A stretch of 64,000 bases of DNA from a virus (Duplodnaviria > Caudoviricetes): positions 44,454-108,453 of the IMG/VR virus record IMGVR_UViG_3300021255_003284; one strand, 5' to 3'. Below are positions 1 to 8,374 of this stretch, piece by piece. Under the pieces are notes generated by a model that saw only the letters and a program-made list of their open reading frames with translations, made no database searches and was not told the DNA's origin. How positions within the stretch are numbered: position 1 is the first letter of the stretch; every line of letters starts with the position of its first letter. Made by a program: the position numbers and the translations under genes.

Positions 1-107
1 ATACAGGATCTGAGGTGGCCGATCGACCACGAACAGCAGAAAATGGCGTGGATGAAATTCCTGAAGAATAAGTTCGCGCCCGAGAAGCGTGACCAAGGAG
101 CGTAAAC

Positions 108-398
108 ATGATCGAAACGACAATAAACTATTGTGATCCGGACTGGGCGTTCGTGTCCAGCGACGAGCGGCGTTGGCACAATGCTATAGCCAAACTCGCA
201 AAAGACAATCCGAACGAGTGTATCATCATCAAGACCCCGGAAGAGAACGACGGCGTGATTTACGCGAAATTTCCGCCCAAATGGGTACGCATCAGGCCGC
301 CCAAGCAACTGAACCTGACGGATGAGGAAAAGCAAAATCGCACCCAAAAACTTCGAGAATCTCGACGGAACAAAACATCAGACAGCGACGATGTCTGA
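108..398 (+). CDS. Hypothetical phage protein
   Basis: 96-aa ORF with AAGGAG RBS; ends just before the RBS of the next gene. Confidence 0.75.
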   Translation: MIETTINYCDPDWAFVSSDERRWHNAIAKLAKDNPNECIIIKTPEENDGVIYAKFPPKWVRIRPPKQLNLTDEEKQNRTQKLRESRRNKTSDSDDV

Positions 399-409
399 CA
401 GGAGGAATT

Positions 410-1465
410 ATGAGTCAATCCATACGTAAACTCGCGTCCATTCAGGTCGTCCACGGGATCGAACAGATCAAAGACGCGGATCGGATCGAGCTAGCGCATG
501 TGCTCGGCTGGCAGTGCGTCGTGAACAAAGATCAGTTCAAGCGCGGCGATCTCGCCGTCTACTTTGAGATCGACAGCTTCCTGCCGATCCGTCCTGAGTT
601 TGAATTTCTGCGTCAAAGCAGCTACAAGAATACGGACATCATGGGCGAGGGGTTCCGGCTCAAAACAATGAAGTTTCGCGGGCAGGTGTCTCAGGGTCTC
701 CTTTTGCCGCTCTTTGTGTTCCCGGAGATCCCGGACGACGCAAAGGCCGGGATGGATGTGACGCGCCTGCTCGGCGTCAAAAAGTGGGAGATAGAAGAAC
801 GCGCTACGACAGGCGGTACGGTCATCGGCGCGCTGCCGCCCGATGTGCCGCATACAGACGAGCCGCGCGTTCAAGCCTACCCGGAACTGATCCAGGCTTT
901 TGCCGGCAAGGAGTATTACATCACCACAAAGATGGATGGGTCGTCCCACTCCCTGTCCATCGACGAAAACGGCTTCCATGTGACCGGCCACAATTTTGAG
1001 TACAAGGACGACGACTCAAGCGCATTCTACCGCTTCGTCAACGCCAACGGCTACAGAGCTCGCATGGAGGATTTTGTTGCGAAGCACGGCGTCAAAACGC
1101 TCACTATTCAGGGCGAGTTCTGTGCGCCAGGCATCCAACAAAACAGGCTCCGCCTGACACGCCCGAAATGGTACGTGTTCACCATCCGTGTCGACGGCCA
1201 ACGTGTCGGCTTGTGCGACATGCTCGACATAACCGAAGAGCTCGAAATGGAGCATGTCCCCGTTGAAGAGGTTGGCAACGACCTTCCGTCGAAATATTCG
1301 ACAGTTGAGGCGCTTCTTGAGCGAGCGGACGGAGACTATCCCAACGGCGGAAAGAAAGAGGGCATCGTGATCAGGCCGACCGAGCCGGTGTTTTGCCCGC
1401 TGATCAGCGCCAGCCTGTCCATGAAGATCGTCAGCAACAAATACCTGCTCAAAAACGACGGTTGA
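410..1465 (+). CDS. ATP-dependent RNA ligase, DRB0094/Rnl2-like family, with N-terminal OB-like domain
   Basis: Motif I KMDGS, QGEF, EGIVIR, KIVSNKYLL; N-terminal RKLASIQ...ADRIELA.V.GWQCVV; AGGAGG RBS. Confidence 0.9.
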   Translation: MSQSIRKLASIQVVHGIEQIKDADRIELAHVLGWQCVVNKDQFKRGDLAVYFEIDSFLPIRPEFEFLRQSSYKNTDIMGEGFRLKTMKFRGQVSQGLLLPLFVFPEIPDDAKAGMDVTRLLGVKKWEIEERATTGGTVIGALPPDVPHTDEPRVQAYPELIQAFAGKEYYITTKMDGSSHSLSIDENGFHVTGHNFEYKDDDSSAFYRFVNANGYRARMEDFVAKHGVKTLTIQGEFCAPGIQQNRLRLTRPKWYVFTIRVDGQRVGLCDMLDITEELEMEHVPVEEVGNDLPSKYSTVEALLERADGDYPNGGKKEGIVIRPTEPVFCPLISASLSMKIVSNKYLLKNDG

Positions 1466-1474
1466 TAAAAAAAA

Positions 1475-1512
1475 AGGCGGGCCGGAATCAAATCCGGACC
1501 CGCCTGCTTTTT
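1475..1512 (+). terminator. Intrinsic terminator, possibly bidirectional
   Basis: aggcggg-ccgga...tccgg-a-cccgcct stem, preceded by an A9 tract and followed by gcttttt. Confidence 0.6.
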
Positions 1513-1524
1513 AGGAGTGATTAT

Positions 1525-1719
1525 ATGGATATACCGATCAGTGAGAAATTCGTTCTATCCGTCAGCGAAGCCGCCGCATACTTTCGTATCGGCGAGGGCA
1601 AGCTCAGACGGATCATACAAAACAATAAGTCGGCCAAATACATCTTGTGGAATGGAAATCGCCCGCAGATTAAAAGAGCTCTTTTCGAATCGTTCATCGA
1701 AAATTTAAGTCATATATGA
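1525..1719 (+). CDS. xis: Tn916-type excisionase (64 aa)
   Basis: MDIPISEKFVLSVSEAAAYFRIGEGKLR...WNGNRPQIKR; AGGAG RBS before ATG 1525; directly upstream of int. Confidence 0.88.
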   Translation: MDIPISEKFVLSVSEAAAYFRIGEGKLRRIIQNNKSAKYILWNGNRPQIKRALFESFIENLSHI

Positions 1720-1720
1720 A

Positions 1721-1749
1721 TTGCATACTCATCTGCGCCGTGTTATAAT
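1721..1749 (+). promoter_or_regulatory. Sigma-A promoter for int, between xis and int
   Basis: TTGCAT-17 bp-TATAAT with extended -10 TG at 1741-1742. Confidence 0.75.
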
Positions 1750-1793
1750 ATCTTTGCATATCGCGGCGCGTCTTTCGGAGAAGGAGGATTTAC

Positions 1794-3119
1794 ATGTCGG
1801 AGAAAAGACGCGACAAAAGGGGGAGAATCTTACAGACAGGAGAACGTCAGCGCAGCGACGGTATGTATGAATATCGCTATATCGATGCGTCAGGCGTCAA
1901 GCGCAGCGTATACAGCTGGCTGCTTGTACCAAGCGACAAAGCGCCAAGCGGCAAGCGTGCCACCGAGGCGCTGCGCGATATGGAGCGGCGCATCGCGCGC
2001 GACCTCGCGGATGGGATCAATGAAAGCGCGCTCGGAAAGCAGACGCTCAACGAAGCGATCGAATCGTATTACGGCCGCCGCAGCGACATCAGGCCTGCAA
2101 CGCGCCGCACATACAGCGTGCTGTATCGCCTTTATGTGCGCGACACGATCGGCAGTAAGCCTGTGACGAAGATCTGTTTCACTGACGTACTCGGTCTGTA
2201 CACGGAAATGTTGCTCAAGCGCGGCCTGAGTAGGAGCACGGTACAATCACTCGACGCGATGATGAAGCCTGTATTCAACATGTATGTCCGCGCCGGTGCG
2301 ATCCGTTCAAACCCTCTGAACGGGGTCATGCGCGACGTGGGCCGCACGAAGGATAAGGTCGTACGCCATCGTAATGCGCTGACCAAAGACCAGCAGGACA
2401 CACTTCTGAACTACTGCGTACACAGCAAGGTATTCGCATCAAGCCTTCCGATGATCATATTCTTGCTCGGTACCGGATGCAGATATGGCGAAGCTACCGC
2501 ACTGACATGGGACGACTGTGACTTTGACACCGGATCCATCAGGATCCACCGCACGCTGTCGTATCTTCCAGATGAAAACGGTCGTTGCAAGTGGATGCTC
2601 GGACCGACAAAGACTGCTCACAGTACGCGAGTTATCCCAATGATCGAAGATGTCAAGCGGGTGCTCCTCGATATAAAGGCGTCGCAAGAACTTAGCGGAA
2701 AGCGTGGTGCCGAGGTCGACGGTGTGATGAACTTCGTATTTCTGAACAGCAATGGCAATAACCCATTGCAAAGCTGTTTTGATATGACATTGAAGAGCAT
2801 CTGCGATTCATACAACCGAATCGAAACGACACTCGCCGCCGAACAGCATCGCCAGCCGAATCTGCTTCCACGCATATCGGCACACATCTTCCGACATACG
2901 TTCTGCGTCAGACTGTGCGAGAACGGCGTTGACATCAAGATTGTTCAGGAGCTGATGGGGCATGCCAGTATCGGCGTCACGATGGATATCTACAATGAAG
3001 CCACGCTTGAACGCAAGCAATCCAGCCTCGTCTCGGTCGGCGACAAGCTCAACCTCAACATCGGCCTTGCATCGCAACATACCCACTTTTCTACCACTTC
3101 AGACCGCGAAGTTACGTGA
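1794..3119 (+). CDS. int: Tn916-family tyrosine integrase with N-terminal arm-binding domain
   Basis: N-terminal MSEKRRDKRGRILQTGERQRSDG; catalytic TGCRYGE, TKT, HIFRHTF, LMGHASIGVTMDIY. Confidence 0.95.
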   Translation: MSEKRRDKRGRILQTGERQRSDGMYEYRYIDASGVKRSVYSWLLVPSDKAPSGKRATEALRDMERRIARDLADGINESALGKQTLNEAIESYYGRRSDIRPATRRTYSVLYRLYVRDTIGSKPVTKICFTDVLGLYTEMLLKRGLSRSTVQSLDAMMKPVFNMYVRAGAIRSNPLNGVMRDVGRTKDKVVRHRNALTKDQQDTLLNYCVHSKVFASSLPMIIFLLGTGCRYGEATALTWDDCDFDTGSIRIHRTLSYLPDENGRCKWMLGPTKTAHSTRVIPMIEDVKRVLLDIKASQELSGKRGAEVDGVMNFVFLNSNGNNPLQSCFDMTLKSICDSYNRIETTLAAEQHRQPNLLPRISAHIFRHTFCVRLCENGVDIKIVQELMGHASIGVTMDIYNEATLERKQSSLVSVGDKLNLNIGLASQHTHFSTTSDREVT

Positions 3120-3308
3120 ACTTATGAGAACTTATGAGAGGTTCCCCGCCGACACAACGTCCGCAATACAGCCAAAGTGCCCGTATCACGGACATTTTCT
3201 ACTCGATACTGGGTTAAATATGTTTTAATACCCACCCTCGCCAAACCTCCCACACCACGGACGATTCGCGCTACCAGCATCTGTTTCTACCACTTTTTTA
3301 CCACTTTT
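3080..3308. other. Putative attP region
   Basis: Arm-like TTTCTACCACTT at 3088-3099 and 3284-3295, each with a tandem degenerate copy; three 10-bp GAACTTATGA-like repeats at 3108-3137; lies between int and the convergent late operon. Confidence 0.65.
3174..3198. promoter_or_regulatory. 25-bp palindrome, copy 1 (AAAGTGCCCGT-ATC-ACGGACATTTT)
   Basis: 11-3-11 inverted repeat similar to copies at 49917, 61415 and 62292. Confidence 0.55.
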
Positions 3309-3413
3309 GCTTATAAGGCCGCCGCGATATGCACCACTCGGCAGTCATTTCATATAGATGCCGGACAAAGATCCGGCTTACATCCATTCCTCAAACCAGA
3401 TTGCAATGAACGG

Positions 3414-3442
3414 AAAAAACAAGCCGGCATCACGCCAGCTTG
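3414..3442 (-). terminator. Intrinsic terminator ending the late operon
   Basis: Minus strand caagctggc-gtgat-gccggcttg followed by T6. Confidence 0.75.
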
Positions 3443-3475
3443 CTATATTTTTATTTGATACTATCGAAACATATT

Positions 3476-4495
3476 CTATACCGCCTCGATGTCCCCGACC
3501 TTTACAGCGGCCATCAGTTTGAACTTCCCATCTTCGCTCTCGCCAAGCGTTACCTTATCATCGTCAACAGAATATATCCGCCACGTCTTTCCAAGGACCC
3601 ACGGCTGGATGCTGACGCCCGAGTAATATGCCGTACCTGTAATACGCACGACCCGACCGGCAGAAATCACACCATCGTCAGAGGCGCTGCGTTCATCGTC
3701 GATCATGCCGAGCTCTCGCATCATGGCCATGTGCGTCTTTGCCCCATATTCGCCATCCGGGACTAATCCAGAGCGGGTCTGAAACGCTGCGACAAGCCTC
3801 ATGATCTTTGGTGTGCATTCCACGCTATCACGTTTGGGACTCAGGCCAACCTTTGACAGGGCGAGGCATAGTTGCAGCACATCGTCCCCGGTCGTGCCCT
3901 CCGTCAGTGTGCGTGTGCCGAGCGTCGTGAACGGACTGCATTCGAGACAGGCCGGCGCGTCTGTCGTTTCACCGTAGTCGACCCACGGCAAATCCATCCA
4001 TTCCCGCCACGCCCCGTCTATAACGCGCGACTTTGCGCATCCGCCTTTATCTCTACTCCAGTAGACGATATGTCCGCCACCAACATATACGCCGATGAGC
4101 TTGTCATTAAGCAGCGCCACTCCCGGCCTCTCTGGCAGGGTGTCGATCGGCATAGGGCACACACCGTATCTTTCCGCGCACAGTATCCTAAAAGCCGCGA
4201 GTGAAACATCCATCAAGCCATGCAATCCTGGAACCGCGTCGTGCGCCCCAAGGTCGGTCCACACAGCGCCCTTGATCGCGCCAATCGAATCGGAGCAGAT
4301 TTGCCCCTCAATGATGTCCTTCTGCGCGTATTTACAAAACTTATCCGCATAAAAAGCACAATACGCGGCCTTAAGCTTATCCAGTAGTTGGGCAGTGCAT
4401 CGGAAACATGAGGTGGCGTACCAGAACGGACGATGGAGCGCGGCCTGTTTGTTTAGCCACTCTGTGTATGCCGGGGCTGTAAAAATCTTTTTCAC
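3476..4495 (-). CDS. Degenerate NlpC/P60-like domain plus peptidoglycan-binding domain; endolysin paralog
   Basis: Colinear with the C-terminal part of 12214..13779 but has CSDSIG and LIGVYVGGG; PG-binding LGTRTL..G..GDDV...FQ...GL.PDG.YG; GTG start 4495 after GGGAG. Confidence 0.75.
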   Translation of the reverse strand: MKKIFTAPAYTEWLNKQAALHRPFWYATSCFRCTAQLLDKLKAAYCAFYADKFCKYAQKDIIEGQICSDSIGAIKGAVWTDLGAHDAVPGLHGLMDVSLAAFRILCAERYGVCPMPIDTLPERPGVALLNDKLIGVYVGGGHIVYWSRDKGGCAKSRVIDGAWREWMDLPWVDYGETTDAPACLECSPFTTLGTRTLTEGTTGDDVLQLCLALSKVGLSPKRDSVECTPKIMRLVAAFQTRSGLVPDGEYGAKTHMAMMRELGMIDDERSASDDGVISAGRVVRITGTAYYSGVSIQPWVLGKTWRIYSVDDDKVTLGESEDGKFKLMAAVKVGDIEAV

Positions 4496-4531
4496 GAAAG
4501 TCTCCCGTTGACATACAGTCCGCAATATAGC

Positions 4532-5020
4532 TTAAGAGATTTCATCGGTCAATACGACCTGTTCCACATCTTCGCCTGTCCACTCGCCGGAGTGCGCACT
4601 GGTGAACCTGTACAGTATGCTGTCAAACATGACATAGTTGCCGGCCGAATACGACGCAGAAGAGTCGAACTCCCTCGCCAGCGCGCCGCGGATGTCGGCA
4701 AGGCTCCCTGCCGCAAAAGACATGAACATATTGAGCGTGTTCAGCTCATTCCTGACGTATGCGAACGAATCGATTATATCGCGCGTAATGACAGCCGCTT
4801 CAACATCGTTCTCGTCCCAATCGCCGCTGTGATCGTTTTCAAAGCGATACAGCACTCCCTCGTACCACACATGATCGTCCGTCTTGTATTCTGTGTCTTC
4901 GTCAAACTGTCCAGCGATGGCGTCAACGACGCCGGCTGGCACGTCGCCTCCTCCGCCGCCGACGACATAAGTGTTTTTCAACGCCGAAGACTTGACCTGT
5001 TTCAAATTGACCTTTGCCAT
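4532..5020 (-). CDS. Protein with two CBM5/12-like aromatic repeats
   Basis: QFDEDTEYKTDDHVWYEGVLYRFENDHSGDW and EFDSSASYSAGNYVMFDSILYRFTSAHSGEW. Confidence 0.65.
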   Translation of the reverse strand: MAKVNLKQVKSSALKNTYVVGGGGGDVPAGVVDAIAGQFDEDTEYKTDDHVWYEGVLYRFENDHSGDWDENDVEAAVITRDIIDSFAYVRNELNTLNMFMSFAAGSLADIRGALAREFDSSASYSAGNYVMFDSILYRFTSAHSGEWTGEDVEQVVLTDEIS

Positions 5021-5094
5021 CTAACCACCATCCTTCTATACAATATAATTATCTCATTGCTGAGTGAAATATCTGTTTTTATAAGCTGCAAAAT

Positions 5095-5124
5095 GCCGGT
5101 CCCGGCAATAACACCGGGGCCGGC
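5095..5124 (-). terminator. Hairpin, probable terminator after the holin
   Basis: gccggtcccgg...ccggggccggc stem followed by ATTTT on the minus strand. Confidence 0.5.
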
Positions 5125-5164
5125 GCGTCTTAATGTAATAAAGCCCGGCGCAGCCGGACTGTCC

Positions 5165-5392
5165 TTATTCTTCCGTTACTTCTGCGGGCGTTTCCGTATA
5201 TCCGACGTTCGCCGAGTCAACCAGCCCTTCGCCGATGATATACGCCATGGCCGCCGCACCAGCCATGATGATCGCAGTTACCTGAACCGCCGTTTCCTGT
5301 GAACCGTTGAATGCCAGCACGAGGTTCGTCACCAGCGCGCAGATCGCGGCCCAAAATTTTCTGCTTGTTAGTTTTCTCTTCCAATCGATCAT
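5165..5392 (-). CDS. Holin (SRKFW type)
   Basis: MIDWKRKLTSRKFW, two hydrophobic segments, YIIGEGLVD; GGGAGG RBS. Confidence 0.75.
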   Translation of the reverse strand: MIDWKRKLTSRKFWAAICALVTNLVLAFNGSQETAVQVTAIIMAGAAAMAYIIGEGLVDSANVGYTETPAEVTEE

Positions 5393-5419
5393 GTTTGCGC
5401 CTCCCGACAATTCTTAGTA

Positions 5420-5743
5420 TCACCGGCGATCCCAATAAGGATCGATATACTCCGCGGGATAATGGCCGGAATACCTGTCTTCGGGATAACCGCGGCTGAT
5501 GAGTCGACCCATCATGGGACCGCGATACCGCGCGCCAGACATATTGCCGCCGCGTTCCTCACTGTCTTCAGCGCCGACCATCGCGTAATAAGTCTCGGCG
5601 CTCTTCAAGGCGTGAAACAGCGTCCTGACGCGTTCGGCGTCCTGCGAAGTCATTTCCTCTTCGTTAGCGTACTTCTTATTGAGCTTATCCAGCTCCTTGC
5701 ACATGACGTGCTCAAGATTCTCAAAGCGCTTATGTTCTGCCAT
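5420..5743 (-). CDS. Hypothetical protein, late cassette
   Basis: GAGGAGGAG RBS; helical N-terminus and R/G/Y-rich tail. Confidence 0.75.
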   Translation of the reverse strand: MAEHKRFENLEHVMCKELDKLNKKYANEEEMTSQDAERVRTLFHALKSAETYYAMVGAEDSEERGGNMSGARYRGPMMGRLISRGYPEDRYSGHYPAEYIDPYWDRR

Positions 5744-5760
5744 TCCGAACTCCTCCTCTC

Positions 5761-6216
5761 TTACGCAATTCTGGTCACAGTCAGATTCGCGTTCTGAACG
5801 TTAATCGCTGTGGCGGCAGTTGCCGGCGTCGCGCCGAACGAAGCATTCTCAACAGAAATGTTGAAGCAGCAACCGCGAGGGATAGTAATGATAGCCGTGC
5901 TCGTCACGTTGAAGTACTCATCAACGGCCGCCGGCGTGACGATTGCCCTGCTGGTCTGGATCTGTTCCCCGTCCAGGGCAAGAGAAACAGCGATCGGGCC
6001 GGTAGTCCCATCGGTCGGCACCGCAATGTTCGCATTGAAAGTCACCTGATACCGCGCGAAACTCCCGCACGCGTTGTTTACGATACCGCGAAGAGTAAGA
6101 ATGCCTGACCCATCCCTGTGGTATACATAACCACGATTGCAGGGGATGGAGTTCTGCAATAATACGTTCTGGTTCGGCTGAACGAGCTGAACCGGATTGT
6201 ATACATACTCAGCCAT
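5761..6216 (-). CDS. Beta-sandwich protein, BclA C-terminal/C1q-like (putative)
   Basis: All-beta pattern HRDGSGILTLRG, YQVTFNANIA, NANLTVTRIA. Confidence 0.6.
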   Translation of the reverse strand: MAEYVYNPVQLVQPNQNVLLQNSIPCNRGYVYHRDGSGILTLRGIVNNACGSFARYQVTFNANIAVPTDGTTGPIAVSLALDGEQIQTSRAIVTPAAVDEYFNVTSTAIITIPRGCCFNISVENASFGATPATAATAINVQNANLTVTRIA

Positions 6217-6228
6217 TATCGCACCACC

Positions 6229-6987
6229 TTACTGACCGCAGCCACAGCCGCCATACGGCTGGCAGCAATTCGGATTCTGCACGATATACGCGGGACGCGG
6301 AGTCGGAAGCACGTACTGCTCGACCTCGTTGGCCAGAGCGCGCTGACCGGCCTGGATCGCGGCGGTCTGGACGTCCTGAGAAGCCTGGCCGCGGGCATAC
6401 ATCAGCTCAGAACGCAGCTGCGCGATGATGTCATTCTTCTGCTCGATCTTGTCGTTGCACAGCTGATCCTTGATGGACTGGAACCCGTTGTTCATAGCCG
6501 TCATGATGTTGTTCGCATTCTGGGCGTCGGCCGTACGAGTGGCACAGGCTTCGGTCGCAAGGGCGAACTTGGTGTCAGCGGTCGCGGCGCGGTTGTCGCA
6601 GCAGCACTGCGCCATCTGGCTCTGCAGTGCGAACATCTGCTGCATGTCCGCCATCTGACGGGCGTTGGCAGCGATCTCGGCCTGAGAGAAACCGTTGGAA
6701 ACGCCAGCGAAGCCATTGCACATGGCGGTCTGCACATTACCGAAGCCGTTCGTCACAGCATTCTGCACACCGTTGATGCCATTCATGACCGCGTTCTGGT
6801 CGAAACCGCGCTGCACGTCGTTGTTGGTGTTCATGCCGCCGTTCATGCCGCCCCAACCGTTGTTGAAGCACAGCAGGAGCAGAATGATCCACCAACCGTC
6901 GTTGCCGAAGAAACCATTGCCACCGTAATTGCCGTTACCGTAGGCGGGAGCGACGGGCATGTACATCGGGGTCGTGTTCTCAGTCAT
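6229..6987 (-). CDS. Hypothetical G/N/Q-rich coiled-coil protein with a CCC motif
   Basis: GN-rich N-terminus, WWIILLLL, VQRGFD, AQCCCD, C-terminal PNCC..GGCGCG; AAAGGA RBS. Confidence 0.8.
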   Translation of the reverse strand: MTENTTPMYMPVAPAYGNGNYGGNGFFGNDGWWIILLLLCFNNGWGGMNGGMNTNNDVQRGFDQNAVMNGINGVQNAVTNGFGNVQTAMCNGFAGVSNGFSQAEIAANARQMADMQQMFALQSQMAQCCCDNRAATADTKFALATEACATRTADAQNANNIMTAMNNGFQSIKDQLCNDKIEQKNDIIAQLRSELMYARGQASQDVQTAAIQAGQRALANEVEQYVLPTPRPAYIVQNPNCCQPYGGCGCGQ

Positions 6988-7079
6988 TCTCCATCATTCC
7001 TTTCTGTAGTTTGGTCGTTTTGTCAGCCTTTCCTTATATACAAAACCCGCCCCAGCGTGTGGAGCGGGAGTTTGTATCA

Positions 7080-7304
7080 TTATCGCCAGGCAAGCTGGCC
7101 GAGCAGCGGACCGATCTTTTGCAGCATCGGTTGACTTACCTGACCGGACTGCAAGAGGTGCATGACGATCGTCCGTGAGTCATCAGCCATCCCGTCCGGG
7201 ATGTTATATCCGGCTTGTCTGGCGATCGACAGGGGATCCATCTGGGTCGTGTTCTGTGTATTGTACATGTTCATGGTCAGGCTCTCATACAGAGGATTTG
7301 CCAT
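7080..7304 (-). CDS. Small hypothetical protein, late cassette
   Basis: MANPL...HLLQSGQVSQ; AAGGAGG RBS overlapping the upstream gene. Confidence 0.7.
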   Translation of the reverse strand: MANPLYESLTMNMYNTQNTTQMDPLSIARQAGYNIPDGMADDSRTIVMHLLQSGQVSQPMLQKIGPLLGQLAWR

Positions 7305-7758
7305 TCCACTTTACCTCCTTGACACTATTGATTGCCGCCTTCAGTTCTTCCTTGAGGTGCTCAATGTCGTCCTTCGTAGCGTACTGGCTCATATCCTGAA
7401 CCATCGCGGAAGGCGCTTCCGCGGCAGGCAGCATGGACACATTCTGGGTCGGCATGCTCTGCTCCATCGTATAGCAGACCTTCTGGATCGGATTGGGCAT
7501 ACCCATCTGGTTGATCGATTTCAAATAGATGACCGTATCGTTCGTATCCCACAGCGGCATCGGTACGTTGGCGGGCCAGCCCTGCGGAAGCTGGTATGCC
7601 TTAGCACCAACTTCACCGTCGACCCATTCGATGCCGACCTTTTGCTGCTGAGGCTGCTGCATCGGCTGAGCATAAGAAGCGCCGTTGGACATGGGCGCAT
7701 AGGCATAATTCATCGTGTTCGGATAGCCGTAGCCGATCATATTGTTGTAACCAGCCAT
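7285..7758 (-). CDS. Hypothetical protein with Q/P/Y/M-rich N-terminus
   Basis: WVDGEVGAKAY, LWD....IYLKS...GMP core, C-terminal YATKDD coiled coil; GGAGGGTG RBS. Confidence 0.8.
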   Translation of the reverse strand: MAGYNNMIGYGYPNTMNYAYAPMSNGASYAQPMQQPQQQKVGIEWVDGEVGAKAYQLPQGWPANVPMPLWDTNDTVIYLKSINQMGMPNPIQKVCYTMEQSMPTQNVSMLPAAEAPSAMVQDMSQYATKDDIEHLKEELKAAINSVKEVKWNGKSSV

Positions 7759-7759
7759 A

Positions 7760-8134
7760 TCAAATCACCCTCCAAAAATAACTCGCGACCTGATCTCCTG
7801 AGTTGTAGGAGTCATAGTACCACCCATCTATCACGGCGACAGCATGTGACCCGGTGCCGATGATATAGGTTCCTTTCGGAAACAGCTTGCAAAAATCGCG
7901 TATCGTAATACATTTGGGACATCTGTCAGGCAGGATGAATGGCTCAAATCCCAGCCTGTACAAATACAGACCCCAGACCGCATCCGCATTGGGCATATCG
8001 TATTCTTCACGTCCGGTCAGATATATGTCGTCATATACATCGAGCCACGATCGCCCCGTGGCGACGCTGATGGCTCGCACGACGCAGTCGCCCACATTCT
8101 TCCCGGCCGGATTGACATTCAACTTTTTCCACAT
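7760..8134 (-). CDS. Putative papain-fold (C39-like) cysteine peptidase
   Basis: NP....GDCVVRAIS, HAVAVIDG and YDS give a Cys-His-Asp order. Confidence 0.55.
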   Translation of the reverse strand: MWKKLNVNPAGKNVGDCVVRAISVATGRSWLDVYDDIYLTGREEYDMPNADAVWGLYLYRLGFEPFILPDRCPKCITIRDFCKLFPKGTYIIGTGSHAVAVIDGWYYDSYNSGDQVASYFWRVI

Positions 8135-8347
8135 TTCTTCATAGCATGAATAACCGGTCGGTTTCAGCTCTCGTAAAAGGCATTCCTGGTCTATTCATCA
8201 GGATTACTGACGGCGTTCGCCGCATATAAACCATCTGTCGCTCACTGCCATAATGGGGTTGACGATCTCGCACCGCGTCCAAATGGTGTTCAGCGATCTG
8301 CTGATCAGTGAATAGCATTTTAACCATTTAATCACTCTCCTCTTGCC

Positions 8348-8369
8348 GGCTTAAAGTGTTAAATAAGTC
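8348..8369. repeat. Downstream cassette boundary site B1 (ggcttaaa-GTGTTA-aataagtc)
   Basis: Imperfect inverted repeat with 6-bp spacer 5 bp past the stop codon; same spacer as 13916-13938. Confidence 0.6.
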
Positions 8370-8374
8370 TGTAA

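Noticed and set aside
1-105. 3' end of an upstream gene
   Set aside because: Two frames are plausible (stops at 71 and 105); cannot be assigned
1393-1524. Upstream extension of xis in the ORF track
   Set aside because: Overlaps the ligase end and terminator; the RBS supports ATG 1525
3120-3470. tRNA fragment as the att core
   Set aside because: No recognisable T-arm or CCA end; the integration target cannot be identified by eye
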